The position numbers were made by a program, and so were the translations under genes. Below are positions 20,505 through 31,965 of a stretch of 64,000 nucleotides of DNA, piece after piece; within the stretch, counting starts at the first letter, position 1, and every line of letters begins with the position of its first letter. This DNA comes from Candidatus Heimdallarchaeum endolithica (GTDB taxonomy: Archaea > Asgardarchaeota > Heimdallarchaeia > Heimdallarchaeales > Heimdallarchaeaceae): assembly GCA_021513715.1 (NCBI GenBank), contig CP084167.1, positions 1,312,001-1,376,000 of the forward strand. Reading direction: 5' to 3'. A model generated the notes under the pieces. The model saw nothing but the letters and a program-made list of their open reading frames with translations. It was not told the DNA's origin and did no database searches.

Positions 20505-21878
20505 GTGAACCCTATTCTCGACATTAGCTCTTTCATGTCAAAAATTTCAAAACAAACTAAATATTTAGATCTACGTTACGGTAACATCGAGGAAAGGATC
20601 ATTAATTCCATTAATGGTTCTATAATTAAAGACATTAAATCATCTTATTCAGGATATGGAGTACGATTTTTATCAAAAGGAATTATTAGTTTCACGAGCG
20701 CACCTGAACTAAAAACAGCCTATGAAGATATTAATAAGTTGTTGAAGACATCTAACATAATAGCCACTTGGAAAAGAGGAGTTAGTCAATTATGTGATGC
20801 TCCTGTTGTACAAGCAACATCTACGAAAACACCAAAGAAGGATTGGGAAAATTTAGAAGAAAACGAGATAAAACAAATAATTTCCGTTATTGAGGAATAT
20901 ATAAGAGAGAAATTAAAAGTTAAAGTACGAATAGAAATTGACTTGCAATTCATCAAATGGTCTGAACTTTTTAAAAGCTCAGAAGGAACATCTATTTTTC
21001 AGAGTTACCCTTACACAGTCATGACATTAACAGGGAGATTAAGCGAAAATGGAAACCAAAAAATATATTACAAAAATTTTGGAGGATTAGGAGGGTTAGA
21101 ATTACTCCCCTATAATAATTTAGAAAAACTTGATGAATTCATTCAAATAATTAATAATCTTCCCAATGCTAAAAATATATCCACTGGGAATTATAATATC
21201 GTATTAAATGAAGACATAGCTTGGATACTTACCCATGAGGTTTTGGGACATTCTTTAGAAGCAGATAATGTTCTTTCAGGACATTCTTTTTATGCTGGAT
21301 TACAAGGAATGAAAATTGCTCCATCATATGTAAGCGTCATTGATGACCCATATATAGAAACCATAGGATATTATGAATTTGATTCTGAAGGAATGAAGGG
21401 TAGAGGAACCTTATTGGTAGATGATGGGATTCTAACTGATTTCTTACATAGCAGAGAAACTGCAGCTGCAATGGGAGTTGAATCATCAGCAAATTACAGA
21501 TCTTTCAGTTTCGAACACCTTCCTCAAGTAAGAATGAGTAACACTTTCATTGAACCAAAAGATTTTTCATTTGAAGAATTATTAGAACAAGTAAAAAATG
21601 GCATATATATTTGTGATGGATTTGGTGGCTCTTCTGAACCACAAACAGGGGATTTCAACATTAACTCCCAATTTGCTAGAGAAATAAAAAATGGAGAATT
21701 AGGAGACTATTTTCAAGGTGTCCAACTTACTGGAAAAACCTCACGATCTCTTTCCTTAATAAAAGGAATTGGAGATAGATTACTTGCTCAACCAGGGAGT
21801 TGTGTAAAAAATAATCAACGAATATTTACTGGTTCTGTATCTCCTAAAATAGCTATTTTCGATCAGAGGGTGAGCTAA
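20505..21878 (+). CDS. tldD: TldD family metalloprotease
   Basis: HExxGH (THEVLGHSLEAD), FDSEG, RMSNT, GSCVKNNQ. Confidence 0.9.
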   Translation: MNPILDISSFMSKISKQTKYLDLRYGNIEERIINSINGSIIKDIKSSYSGYGVRFLSKGIISFTSAPELKTAYEDINKLLKTSNIIATWKRGVSQLCDAPVVQATSTKTPKKDWENLEENEIKQIISVIEEYIREKLKVKVRIEIDLQFIKWSELFKSSEGTSIFQSYPYTVMTLTGRLSENGNQKIYYKNFGGLGGLELLPYNNLEKLDEFIQIINNLPNAKNISTGNYNIVLNEDIAWILTHEVLGHSLEADNVLSGHSFYAGLQGMKIAPSYVSVIDDPYIETIGYYEFDSEGMKGRGTLLVDDGILTDFLHSRETAAAMGVESSANYRSFSFEHLPQVRMSNTFIEPKDFSFEELLEQVKNGIYICDGFGGSSEPQTGDFNINSQFAREIKNGELGDYFQGVQLTGKTSRSLSLIKGIGDRLLAQPGSCVKNNQRIFTGSVSPKIAIFDQRVS

Positions 21879-21881
21879 AGT

Positions 21882-23243
21882 ATGTATTCTGATGAAGAAC
21901 TAAAAGAACAAGCGATCAGCATTTTGAGTTTCTTAGAAAAAAAATACAATTACGATCAAATTGAAGTTTTTCTCCAATCACTGAAGCAATTACAAGGAGG
22001 AACAGAATTCAAAACACCAAAGACAATACAATCATCAACCAAAGTAGGTTGTGCTATAAGGTTTTTCAAGGACAAAAATCTTTATTTTACTAGTTTCTCT
22101 TTACCAAGAAGCTTTGATGATTTAGAGTCAATTTTCAAGAAAAACATGTTTCCTATTAGATCTAAACATTTTCATTTTCCTGAAATAAGTGGATTACAAA
22201 AAGAAATAAAGAATATCTACGATAAACAGATTTCACAAAAAGAGTATAGTACAATCTTAGAACTCTCTAATCAGATTAGAGAGATAGGTGAAGAAAATAA
22301 GAATCTTATTCTTGATTCATCTATTTTACTTGCTGAAGAACGGAAAATAATAGCTAACACCACTCATACTTTAGCTTTTGAGAGAGGAACATGGTTGAAT
22401 TTAGATTTTCGAGCATTATATAGAACATATGACATGATAATAAGTGGAGAAAAACATTATAGTTCCAGAATTTTACCTAAATCAATTGATAGCATTGTTG
22501 ACTCACTAATTTCAGAAGTTATTCAAAGGTCAAAAAAAAGTCAAAAATTACACAACCTATTGTTACCAGTTATTTTCTCTCCTGAATCATTTTCAAACCT
22601 TCTATCTTTTATATTAATACCCAATATTATTTCTAACTCTAATTATGTCCATGCTGATTTAAGTGAAGGATTCTCCACGGACTTTAATTTAATTGATGAT
22701 GGAACTGTACCTGGTTTACCTAATTCCACAGCCTTTGATGATGAAGGCATTCCACAATCAAAGACTATTATTTTCCAAAATGGAGAATTAAAAAACAAGT
22801 TAAATAATATAGAAGAATCAGATGAAAATGGTGTTAAAACAGGAAATTCATTCAGAATCAAAAAATTTGAGATCTTTCCTCGAAACTATAGGACATATCC
22901 TCGTGTATATCCATCAAATCTAATAATAGAAGAAGGAAACAAAAAATTCGGCAATATAGTAAGCGAATTTGATGAAGCAATATACATCAACGCAATACAA
23001 GGATATATGACAGCAAACTATATTTCTGGTGATTTTGCTATCTCTGCAATAGACAGTTATCTTATTGAAAATGGTTCAATAAAAAGCACATTACCAAGTT
23101 TTAACATGAGAGGAAATTTGTTTGATATTCTTAGAGATGACTGTACCTTTACCAAAGATAGAAAAGTAATAAGACCGTATAACACTCCATACAGCTTTGT
23201 TTCTCCATATTTAATAACAAAAAGTCTAGAAATTTTACCCTGA
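21882..23243 (+). CDS. PmbA/TldE family protein
   Basis: FDDEG, TGN, SGDF; lacks HExxH; directly follows tldD. Confidence 0.85.
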   Translation: MYSDEELKEQAISILSFLEKKYNYDQIEVFLQSLKQLQGGTEFKTPKTIQSSTKVGCAIRFFKDKNLYFTSFSLPRSFDDLESIFKKNMFPIRSKHFHFPEISGLQKEIKNIYDKQISQKEYSTILELSNQIREIGEENKNLILDSSILLAEERKIIANTTHTLAFERGTWLNLDFRALYRTYDMIISGEKHYSSRILPKSIDSIVDSLISEVIQRSKKSQKLHNLLLPVIFSPESFSNLLSFILIPNIISNSNYVHADLSEGFSTDFNLIDDGTVPGLPNSTAFDDEGIPQSKTIIFQNGELKNKLNNIEESDENGVKTGNSFRIKKFEIFPRNYRTYPRVYPSNLIIEEGNKKFGNIVSEFDEAIYINAIQGYMTANYISGDFAISAIDSYLIENGSIKSTLPSFNMRGNLFDILRDDCTFTKDRKVIRPYNTPYSFVSPYLITKSLEILP

Positions 23244-23342
23244 CAGTCTAATTAAATATATTAGACGCAAATTAAGCAATGATTTATTTGTAAAAATAAA
23301 AAATAAAAGAATTTTTTTGTTATGTCAGTGTAATAACAAAAA

Positions 23343-24346
23343 AAGCATGTCCAAAAATTCTTTTTCACCTACTAAACGGTCCGAAGGAGTAAAAGGTAGT
23401 TGTAACAGAGAAGAGAACTGTACAAGGTAGAGAGGATGGTGGAGGGTAAACGATCAAGGATTGGGGGAAGAGAGAGTTTAAGGAGACCAAAGACGTGTTC
23501 AATACTACTACGATACTCGGGATGATGATTACGACGATACAGACCAGGGTAGAGACGATGAGCTTGAACTATTGGTCCGAGGGGAGGAGGAGAGGGATAA
23601 CGAGCATTACTTTTTGGGGGAATAACAGGAAAAAAGGAATGTTGGCTAAGAAGTCCAACGATATTTTCTGTCCAGTAGGCACAGTCTCCATAAAATCGCA
23701 AGAAAGGTCTCAAGAGTGCAGAAGGAAGTTTCTGCCAGAGTAAACCGAAGACTTTACTATCGTGAGTGTTACTAGCAGAATGAGCGAGAGAGACTATAGC
23801 TCGAGAGGGTAAACCAACTATAAGGTGTATCTTCCAGAAAAGTTTAGAGGTTTTCTTTAGTGTCCCTCTTGACCATTTGAGAAAACGCCAAACAGAAGCT
23901 TGACGGATTTTAAACCCTGAACTATCCACTGCCATAGCTTTCAAGCCTTTTTTCCTCACTATTTCCCTACCTAAATCTATTATCCACTGCTCTAAGATTT
24001 TACTTTCTGTCGCTCTCCACACTGCATGAAAAGTAGATTTAGAAGGAATCTTCTTCATCCACCCCTCTTCTATCAAAAAATCGCATAAAGACAACTTTTC
24101 CTCTAACTTCCTCCAAGCTATCCCTTCTATTCTAGCAATGATTGCTAAAGCCAGTATCACCCATCTTTCTGCTATTCTCTTTCTCCCTCTCTTGCTTTCT
24201 CTCGGTTCCTCTTTCACCAGTTTCTTAAGGAAAGGTTCATTAATGATTATGAATTCTCTTGCTTTGTGGGGGTCTATGATCTGAAAGAAATTCATACTTC
24301 CGACATAAACCCCCACATTAATAAAAATTAATTTTTGGACATGCTT
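23343..24346 (-). mobile_element. IS5-like insertion sequence, 1004 bp
   Basis: Perfect 17-bp TIR AAGCATGTCCAAAAATT at 23343-23359 and 24330-24346. ACAAAAA duplicated at 23336-23342 and 24347-24353. Encodes a DDE transposase. Confidence 0.9.
23372..24295 (-). CDS. DDE transposase, IS5/IS4-like
   Basis: VDSSG, KIHL, HD, GDCAY, IPPKSNA, YRSSIEHVFG. Start moved to the ATG inside the TIR (307 aa). Confidence 0.88.
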   Translation of the reverse strand: MNFFQIIDPHKAREFIIINEPFLKKLVKEEPRESKRGRKRIAERWVILALAIIARIEGIAWRKLEEKLSLCDFLIEEGWMKKIPSKSTFHAVWRATESKILEQWIIDLGREIVRKKGLKAMAVDSSGFKIRQASVWRFLKWSRGTLKKTSKLFWKIHLIVGLPSRAIVSLAHSASNTHDSKVFGLLWQKLPSALLRPFLRFYGDCAYWTENIVGLLSQHSFFPVIPPKSNARYPSPPPLGPIVQAHRLYPGLYRRNHHPEYRSSIEHVFGLLKLSLPPILDRLPSTILSTLYSSLLCYNYLLLLRTV

Positions 24347-24444
24347 ACAAAAAAGATTAAACAAATAAATTCTACTACTAAATGAATTTTTATAGTTTTG
24401 AATAAACATTACAATAATGTCGTCAAAAAAAGAATAAAATCCTC

Positions 24445-25416
24445 TTATCGTTTAATTTTTCTTTGAATAATAAATATAATCATTCCAACAGCACTTACAG
24501 CTCCTATTGATCCTACTATAATTATCCACAGTGGGGTTCCTTCTTCAATGTCAATGTCACCAGGCAATTGTAAAACCATTTCTTGCTTATATATTATCCT
24601 ATTATTAATGTTTTCAAGGATATCTGTATATTGAGAATTAACAGACATTGAATAGAGAACACCTGTTGAAGAATAACAAAGTTGAATTTCCTCTTTAGCT
24701 TTTGACTCAGAAACATCAGTTACCACATTTTCTTCTTCAATAATCAGAGTAAATTTATAGCCATTAATTAAACTTCCATTTAACAAAAAATTTGATCCCA
24801 TTTTCATTTTATATTCTTTTGAATAATAGCCTTTATCTGAAGAGATATGTTCATTATAAGCAGAATAATCAGTTAAAACTTTAAACTCTGGTGATTTTAC
24901 AGGTAAAAACCACCCATTTAACAATCTTGGTCCAAAAAACATTTTTGTAACTAGAACAACTACATCTAATGGTAAAGAGAAGTTTACATAAGTATTACCA
25001 ATATGATCAGCTATACATATCTCTTGTTTCTGTGTCAAATAACTAACAATTATTTCTGAAGTATTGGTCACATTATCAAAATCCCAAGCTTCTTTGAGAT
25101 AATTATCATATTCTTCTGAAGAATTGAATTTTTGTAATCCAAGAAAATATCTGTGGATGTAAGAAGAACGAAAGGTAATATTATTTTCTTGAATTTTAAC
25201 ATCCAATAGTTGCATGTCTCCATCTTCGTATATAGTTACTTCTTTATTAGTTAATACATCAGTAAATGTTTGTTCTGTTGTATAGGTATAATGATAGGTT
25301 GTTTCCCAGCAATTCCACACAGATTGTTGGCTATTTACTATAGAAGATAAGAGGATGCTTAATATAAGGAAATATTGGAAAAATTTTTTTCTCCTCATTT
25401 TTTTCACACTCCACAT
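24445..25416 (-). CDS. Secreted protein with C-terminal membrane anchor
   Basis: Signal-like N-terminus; C-terminal TM followed by a basic tail QRKIKR. Confidence 0.75.
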   Translation of the reverse strand: MWSVKKMRRKKFFQYFLILSILLSSIVNSQQSVWNCWETTYHYTYTTEQTFTDVLTNKEVTIYEDGDMQLLDVKIQENNITFRSSYIHRYFLGLQKFNSSEEYDNYLKEAWDFDNVTNTSEIIVSYLTQKQEICIADHIGNTYVNFSLPLDVVVLVTKMFFGPRLLNGWFLPVKSPEFKVLTDYSAYNEHISSDKGYYSKEYKMKMGSNFLLNGSLINGYKFTLIIEEENVVTDVSESKAKEEIQLCYSSTGVLYSMSVNSQYTDILENINNRIIYKQEMVLQLPGDIDIEEGTPLWIIIVGSIGAVSAVGMIIFIIQRKIKR

Positions 25417-25810
25417 TTTGCATCCAATTTATTAGTAAACGTTCATTATAGAAGTTTACTATGTAATTATTGAAATCGCCATATTAATATGTTTAGAAAT
25501 AAAGTTCATTGAAAAAACATTTTTGAAATTATTAAGACTATGTTGCAATCACTTTATTTAATCTTTTTATTATTTAACCTCTAATTAAATTTCCTCTTTC
25601 TCTTCGTAAGTATTTAGCAAATTTGAAAAAAGAATTTATCCATTTCAATTTGACGTACAATTCAGACGACAAAAAACCAAACTTCTCAATTTCTATTAAA
25701 TGATTAATGCTTTTTCTGTAAAAAAAATCAAAACATCATCGAAAAGATTTAAAAGTAGCAACGAACTCTCAAATTCTGAAAAGAAAAGCCCAATTTACTG
25801 GTGATATTTC

Positions 25811-27268
25811 GTGAAAAAGAAACAGTTTATTATTCCATTAGTTATTCTTGTATTATTATTTGGTCAAATTACTGCATCTAATGCCATAAGAATAAATACA
25901 ATTCAATCAGCACAATCAACAAATGCTGTAAGCTCCAAACCTGTTTTTGATACCTCCGATCCAATACCTACCTTTGACAGGGATGATGAGAACCATCAAG
26001 GAGCTTTAATTATAGCAGACCCTAGTAAGAATGTAACAAACGTTACAATCTGGTATAAGCTTGAAGGTGGAGACAATACAACTATTCCTTATCTATTTGG
26101 TGATGATGGTGGATTTAATCTTTCATGGACTGATCCTACACCAATGGTTTATGATGTGGAAAAATCTAATAACTCTGATATTGCATATTATAATTATACT
26201 TTTGATATAAAATCAGATTTCATTATGTTTCGTGCTTGGTATGGTGATTGGGAAGATGAAATGAACATTCCCAATGTCATTACAACAGGAGTAAGAATAG
26301 AAACGTATTTCTTACATTCATTTTATACACAATATGATCAAATTGATATGAATATCTCGTTATACAATTATAACATCACTAGTTATGGTGTAAAATATAG
26401 AGAATACACCCCACAACACGATGAGATTTTTCAAAATAAGACTTTTTCATTAACTGATGAAGGTACTTACACAAATGTTAGTGCAGCAATAACTCATTCA
26501 TTTAGTCCTGGAACTCAGGTCGAGATTCGATCATTTATTGTACAATTTGATAACCTAACAAAAACTGAAAGAATTTATACAGAAAACGTTGCCCACATAA
26601 TTACCCTTTCTGAGGGAACACCAGAAATCTCTCTTAACAGTGATAGATACACAAATAACCTCAATGTTTCAGTAGAATGGAATGCTACTCCTATTACTGG
26701 TGAAATTACAGCTGTTGAGTTTAATTGGGGAGATGGAAATGTTGAGACCTTAGCTAACTTATCCATTCATACAGTTTATCACCTTTATGATGAAGCTAAA
26801 GAATACAACATTACAATAAGAGTAGAAGTTGGAGCTTCATTTGGAAATAAAACAATAACAGTTTTAATTGACCAATTAGATCCTTCAGGAAGCATAACTG
26901 TAATAGACAATGACGATGATCCAACTGATTATAACATAACAATAAATGGACCTAAAAACGTAGAAATTATTTATAATTCCACTGATGAAGGAGGAAGTGG
27001 TGTTCAAAAAGTAAGAATTGAGACTGATGAAGGAAACGCTTATGAGGTCACTTCTGCAAATGGAACCTATATTGTTGAATTCTTGAACTTTGGCTATCAC
27101 ACTGTATATTTGAAAGTTTATGACAATGCTGGGAATGTTTTTACTACAAGCATAACTTTCTTTATTCATGGAGTCACACAACCAAAAGATATTGGTGTTC
27201 CATTCAGTACTTTTGCTGTTGTTGTTGGAATCATTTCTTTAACTATTTTAATTAAAAGAAGAAAGTAA
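25811..27268 (+). CDS. Cell-surface glycoprotein with PKD/Ig-like domains
   Basis: Signal peptide, many NxS/T sequons, PKD motif FNWGDG..H.Y, VYDNAGN, C-terminal VPF-TM-KRRK. Confidence 0.85.
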   Translation: MKKKQFIIPLVILVLLFGQITASNAIRINTIQSAQSTNAVSSKPVFDTSDPIPTFDRDDENHQGALIIADPSKNVTNVTIWYKLEGGDNTTIPYLFGDDGGFNLSWTDPTPMVYDVEKSNNSDIAYYNYTFDIKSDFIMFRAWYGDWEDEMNIPNVITTGVRIETYFLHSFYTQYDQIDMNISLYNYNITSYGVKYREYTPQHDEIFQNKTFSLTDEGTYTNVSAAITHSFSPGTQVEIRSFIVQFDNLTKTERIYTENVAHIITLSEGTPEISLNSDRYTNNLNVSVEWNATPITGEITAVEFNWGDGNVETLANLSIHTVYHLYDEAKEYNITIRVEVGASFGNKTITVLIDQLDPSGSITVIDNDDDPTDYNITINGPKNVEIIYNSTDEGGSGVQKVRIETDEGNAYEVTSANGTYIVEFLNFGYHTVYLKVYDNAGNVFTTSITFFIHGVTQPKDIGVPFSTFAVVVGIISLTILIKRRK

Positions 27269-27387
27269 AAACACTTCTTTTTCCTTTTTTAACATCTGTT
27301 TTAACTGTAAGTTTAACAGAACTAAAATTAAATTATATCAAAAATTATTTTAACATAGAATCTATTCTTTCTTAATTATTTCAAGAA

Positions 27388-27927
27388 ATGGTTTTGATGA
27401 AGAGTTTAGAAGAAGAATTATTAAACTTACTTAGCAACAATGACTATCAAGAAACACTTTTACAATTATTTGAAAAAACTAAAAATAAAATAAAGTTCTA
27501 CGAGACTCTTTTTCAAATAGTAGATAAAGAGCCATCCCTCAATGTTGTGGAAAAGATATTAAGATTCATGTCTACTATAAGACCAATCCCCTTTGCATAT
27601 GAAGTTTTAATAGAAAAACTTTTTCATAAAAATCAAAAAATACGGATAGCAGCTGCTGAAACTCTTGCTATCTATCGGCCTGATATTTCAGAGATTCTTA
27701 TCGACAAAATGAAGTCATCAACAGATTCAATTGAAAATACAGAAGTTATCTGGCTTCTAGGAAAAATAGGTAAAAAAGAAGATTTGCTATTTCTAAAAAA
27801 TTTACAAGAACAGATCAAAAATTCAAATAGAGAGAGAAAGGAGTTAGAAGCTTTAAATAATGCAATTCAAGATATCACTTTGAGATATGTTGATCTTTGG
27901 TTTGAAAAAAAGGAAAGAAAAAATTGA
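27388..27927 (+). CDS. HEAT-repeat protein
   Basis: IRIAAAETLA, WLLGKIG. Confidence 0.7.
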   Translation: MVLMKSLEEELLNLLSNNDYQETLLQLFEKTKNKIKFYETLFQIVDKEPSLNVVEKILRFMSTIRPIPFAYEVLIEKLFHKNQKIRIAAAETLAIYRPDISEILIDKMKSSTDSIENTEVIWLLGKIGKKEDLLFLKNLQEQIKNSNRERKELEALNNAIQDITLRYVDLWFEKKERKN

Positions 27928-27957
27928 AACTAATAAATTGATAACATTGATTTATTC

Positions 27958-28341
27958 CTATTCTTTGTAAGCAATTGCTTCTATTTCTACATCCACATCT
28001 TTTGGCAATTTAGCTACTTCTATCGCAGCTCGTGCTGGAGGTTTTTCAGTAAAATAGCTTGCATAAACCTCGTTCATTTCTCCAAATTTATTCATGTCTT
28101 TAAGAAAAACTGTACATTTAACTACATCATTTAGAGAAAAACCTGCTTCTTCTAAAATTGCCTTAATATTATTCAAGACCACCTTTGTTGCTGCTGCAAC
28201 ATCTCCTCGAACTATTTCTCCTGTCTCAACATCTGCTGGAATTTGCCCAGAGATAAACAAGAATTGACCAGCTTGTACAGCTTGAGAATAAGGGCCTACT
28301 GGAGCTGGTGCAGCTTCTGTTTTAACTATTTTTTTTGTCAT
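27958..28341 (-). CDS. ridA: RidA/YjgF enamine deaminase
   Basis: [34 protein letters not shown]. Confidence 0.95.
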   Translation of the reverse strand: MTKKIVKTEAAPAPVGPYSQAVQAGQFLFISGQIPADVETGEIVRGDVAAATKVVLNNIKAILEEAGFSLNDVVKCTVFLKDMNKFGEMNEVYASYFTEKPPARAAIEVAKLPKDVDVEIEAIAYKE

Positions 28342-28397
28342 AAATTTTAAATCAAAATGAAGTAAATAAATATTCTCCTTTGTATTTGTTGAATAAC

Positions 28398-29273
28398 TTA
28401 TTCTTTTTTATCCCAGAAGGAAATAATTTGAAATATTAAAGAACAAATAAGTCTAGCAGTACTATTTTCTGTTCTAGTTATTCGACCTTCAACAATGTCC
28501 ACATATTCTGATTTAGGAACAATCCTTGAAAGAAATTTGATTAACTGGTCAGGATAGAAACCGAAAGGTTCTGGACAACTTACTGTTGGTACAAAACTTT
28601 GTTCTATTACATCTATGTCTAAACTTAGATAGATTCTAGGATATTTAGATAAGAATTGTTCTAATTTTTCAATGCTTTTTTCCATATTTTTGAAAATATT
28701 CTCTGTTCTTATTAGATTAATATTTTTTGACTTCCAATAATCATATTCATCTTGAGAATGTGTAAAACCATGTCCTCCTATAATAAGAACTTGTTCTGGC
28801 AAAAATATTTTTTGTTCAATTAAATTATAAAGAACTGTTGCATGAGAAAAATATGTTTTTTTAGGATATTCTTTTGCCAAGTCCAAATGAGCATCAAACC
28901 ATATTAATCCTACATTTTTTTCTTTTGGAGCTTGGGATACAGTGTAATAAGTGATTAAGTGATCTCCTCCAATAAAAAGTAGTTTAGAGTTAGTTTCTTC
29001 TTGTATTCTCCACAAATTTTTAATGAATTTCTGATTTTTAATTGGGTGAATATCACCTAAATCCACACACCGTTTATTTGAAATATTAAAATTATAATTG
29101 ACTGATATTCCACTAAACAAATAAGAGATCTTTCTTAGTTGAGAAGGAAAACGTTTGGTTCCTCTTTTTGTTTCTTTTTTTCCTTCATAAGGCAATCCAA
29201 CAAGAACAATATTATCTTTTTCAATTTCATTTTCATTTTTAATTGGAAAAAATCCAACAAATGGTTTTTTCAT
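28398..29273 (-). CDS. Ureohydrolase (agmatinase/arginase family)
   Basis: GGDH, FDAHLD, SH, SLDIDV. Confidence 0.85.
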   Translation of the reverse strand: MKKPFVGFFPIKNENEIEKDNIVLVGLPYEGKKETKRGTKRFPSQLRKISYLFSGISVNYNFNISNKRCVDLGDIHPIKNQKFIKNLWRIQEETNSKLLFIGGDHLITYYTVSQAPKEKNVGLIWFDAHLDLAKEYPKKTYFSHATVLYNLIEQKIFLPEQVLIIGGHGFTHSQDEYDYWKSKNINLIRTENIFKNMEKSIEKLEQFLSKYPRIYLSLDIDVIEQSFVPTVSCPEPFGFYPDQLIKFLSRIVPKSEYVDIVEGRITRTENSTARLICSLIFQIISFWDKKE

Positions 29274-29313
29274 TTTCTTTCCTCAACATTATAAATTTAA
29301 ATATTGGTATCGT

Positions 29314-31800
29314 TTAATTATTATCTTCATTATTTAAGTAATAATCTGGTGATGCAACAAAAGATTCTTCTGATTCTTCTCTTTCTGGCTGTGTTTCTTC
29401 TAGTTTAATTAGATCCTTATCTGTAACATCTATCAGTACTTTGTTATCATCAATTGATATCACTCTCTCTAAAGAAAATTTTGCTGGTTCAAATTTCTCT
29501 ATTGTTTCTATTGTTTCATCATAAGTATTTATTTTTCCTATTAAATTCAGAAAAGCTATTACATTATCTGGCCTTAAAGCAACTTGTGGAGCTAAACTCA
29601 GATATTTCCCGATTGAAATTGCAAGATTATCCACGAAATCTTTTCGTTCTTTTAACAGTTTTACAGGATTATCACTTATAAAAGAAGCAATCAACAGAAG
29701 ATCGATTTTTGACCAAATTAAAAGTGAAGGCTCTTTTTCAATAATAACGGTATAGATTACCCCTATTTCTTTACCTTTCACATTTTCTACAACTTTCCCT
29801 TCTAAATCGAAGATTGAATCAATTGAAAAAGAAGGAACACAAAAGGCCACTTGAATGTTATTCCCTATTATCCTTAAAGTCCCTATTGAAAAAAGAACAT
29901 ATTGCTCATTTTCTACCTCGTGAGGGAGAATCCCAGTGTTTTTTTCAACAAGTATTTTTTTTAACAGAGATGGGTCCTCAATGTCTGCTTCGCTTTTCTC
30001 ATACTCACGTGATAAATTAAGAAGTAATTTCCATTTTTTGTCATCATCAGAAGAATCTGCAAAAGTATAGTCTTCTTCCAAGTTTGATAGAAGATCGTAT
30101 ATTCTAGCATAAAATTCAGTTGGAAGTTGATTTAATTTCACAATTAAAAAGTGTCCTTTTCTAGGATGTGAAATCAAAGAATAAGCTTGCCCTATTTCAT
30201 TGTTAAAAATATCTTGTACAATCACTTTGTCATTTTCTAAAAGAATCTTATTGATATTATTACTCTTTTTTAGATCAAAGTTTGGTAAAATTTCTCCTCC
30301 TTCTTGAACAGTCTCTGTTTTAATGTGAATTTTCCTATCTCCTCTTTCAAATGCATCAATTGGTACAAAAAGTATTTTTTCTGGTTGCTTTAGGTATTTC
30401 AATAAATCTTGTGAAAGATCGAATCCTTTTTTCATGCAATAATTTGTCAAAACATCAGGAACTAAATAATTAAAAGGAACAGTAGGCAAAACAACTGGTA
30501 TTTCATTTAGCAATTCTAACTTTTTTTCTTCATCAGTTTCAACCTTTTTTATAAGAAGATTAGGGGCTACAAAGTAATCATATACTCTTCTTGCTGTAGA
30601 AAGAGAAACTTCAGTTTGTTTATATACTAAAACCCCAAAATCTTCATTAAGTTTTCCTGGACCAATCACAAAACCTATTAGTTCATTATCCTGGCTTACA
30701 GCAGGTGTGTTTATATAGTTCCATAACGAATTTAATTTCTTTATTGCTGCATAATCAAGATTTCTTGTTACAACACTTGAACACACAGTAATTTTTTCTT
30801 CAAATTTCATAGCTCGTACAAAACGATTATATTTTTCCAAATTTTTTAGAACAGATGTATTTAAATCACTGAATAAGGGAGATACCATCTCTTGGTATTC
30901 AAGATGAGATCCATAAACCTCATCTAAAGCTTTTAAATCTATCTCAAAGTCATTTAGGTCTTCTTCTAAAAGAGCAATATATATGTCCAATTGCCTTATT
31001 TTTCTTTTTAATTCATCTTTCTCTTTGTCTGATAAAGCAGAGATATTTTCTTCTTTAAATTTAAGGAATAATTCTTTTTCTTCTTTCACTCGTTCTAGCC
31101 ATTTTTTTGTTTCTTCTATTGCTTTTTGAAGAATAGGCCTATGCCTTAAAACAGAATTATTTATTTCATAAATTATACCTTTAACTTCAAATTTGTCTAA
31201 CTCTTTTCCTCGAAGTCTATTTAGATTTTCAGATAACTCATTTGTAAATAAGAGGAAATTATTGTGTGCTCTTTTAAAAATATGTTTTCTACAAAGTTCT
31301 TCTAATGAATCAGACAATTTATAATAATTTTGAAAGATTTTATGTTGTTTTGTTTCTAGTAAATTTTTTATTTCTAGATACTCTTCATTAGAGATTTTAC
31401 CAGAAATATATTCTTTTTCTGCTTCTAATTCTTCTTGGAAAATTTTAGAAGAAGCATTTAATGCCAAATGCATTACATATCTTATTCTCAATTCTTCTTT
31501 AACAACATCAGGAAGTGATGATAATGTAATTGATGGAATTTTAACTTTAGATATAACAGGACTACTAATTTCATTACTTATTTCTTCTTGAATTTTCGTT
31601 ATCTGCTCAGATTTCTGCTGCTCATCTACTTCTTTTTCTTGAACAATTTGATGAGGAAGACTTTCTAACATTTTTTGATATTTCTGTTTGAGAATTTGGT
31701 AAGTTCTTCTATCAACAGAGCCTTTAATATAACGTATATTTAGATCTCTTATTAATCGCTGAATTTTTTGTCTCTGTGAATCAATAATTACTTCTGGCAT
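29314..31800 (-). CDS. 828-aa coiled-coil protein with putative PRC-barrel repeats
   Basis: N-terminal heptad region; three segments resembling PRC-barrel starts, best LEGKVVENVKGKEIGVI. Confidence 0.55.
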   Translation of the reverse strand: MPEVIIDSQRQKIQRLIRDLNIRYIKGSVDRRTYQILKQKYQKMLESLPHQIVQEKEVDEQQKSEQITKIQEEISNEISSPVISKVKIPSITLSSLPDVVKEELRIRYVMHLALNASSKIFQEELEAEKEYISGKISNEEYLEIKNLLETKQHKIFQNYYKLSDSLEELCRKHIFKRAHNNFLLFTNELSENLNRLRGKELDKFEVKGIIYEINNSVLRHRPILQKAIEETKKWLERVKEEKELFLKFKEENISALSDKEKDELKRKIRQLDIYIALLEEDLNDFEIDLKALDEVYGSHLEYQEMVSPLFSDLNTSVLKNLEKYNRFVRAMKFEEKITVCSSVVTRNLDYAAIKKLNSLWNYINTPAVSQDNELIGFVIGPGKLNEDFGVLVYKQTEVSLSTARRVYDYFVAPNLLIKKVETDEEKKLELLNEIPVVLPTVPFNYLVPDVLTNYCMKKGFDLSQDLLKYLKQPEKILFVPIDAFERGDRKIHIKTETVQEGGEILPNFDLKKSNNINKILLENDKVIVQDIFNNEIGQAYSLISHPRKGHFLIVKLNQLPTEFYARIYDLLSNLEEDYTFADSSDDDKKWKLLLNLSREYEKSEADIEDPSLLKKILVEKNTGILPHEVENEQYVLFSIGTLRIIGNNIQVAFCVPSFSIDSIFDLEGKVVENVKGKEIGVIYTVIIEKEPSLLIWSKIDLLLIASFISDNPVKLLKERKDFVDNLAISIGKYLSLAPQVALRPDNVIAFLNLIGKINTYDETIETIEKFEPAKFSLERVISIDDNKVLIDVTDKDLIKLEETQPEREESEESFVASPDYYLNNEDNN

Positions 31801-31965
31801 TAAATACTAATTGTAAGTTGAATTAATTAAGGTTAACTATTCTTAAAAACAATTACAAATTAATCTGCGCATAAGAATTGTTTATCTTTTGGGGTTATCA
31901 ACTTATTCTTTAAAAATCTCTTTAGTTTTTCAAACATCTTTATTTAAACAAGTTTTTACTAAAAT

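Noticed and set aside
24296-24409. N-terminal 38 aa of the ORF-track transposase
   Set aside because: Crosses the TIR into flanking DNA; the real start is at 24295.
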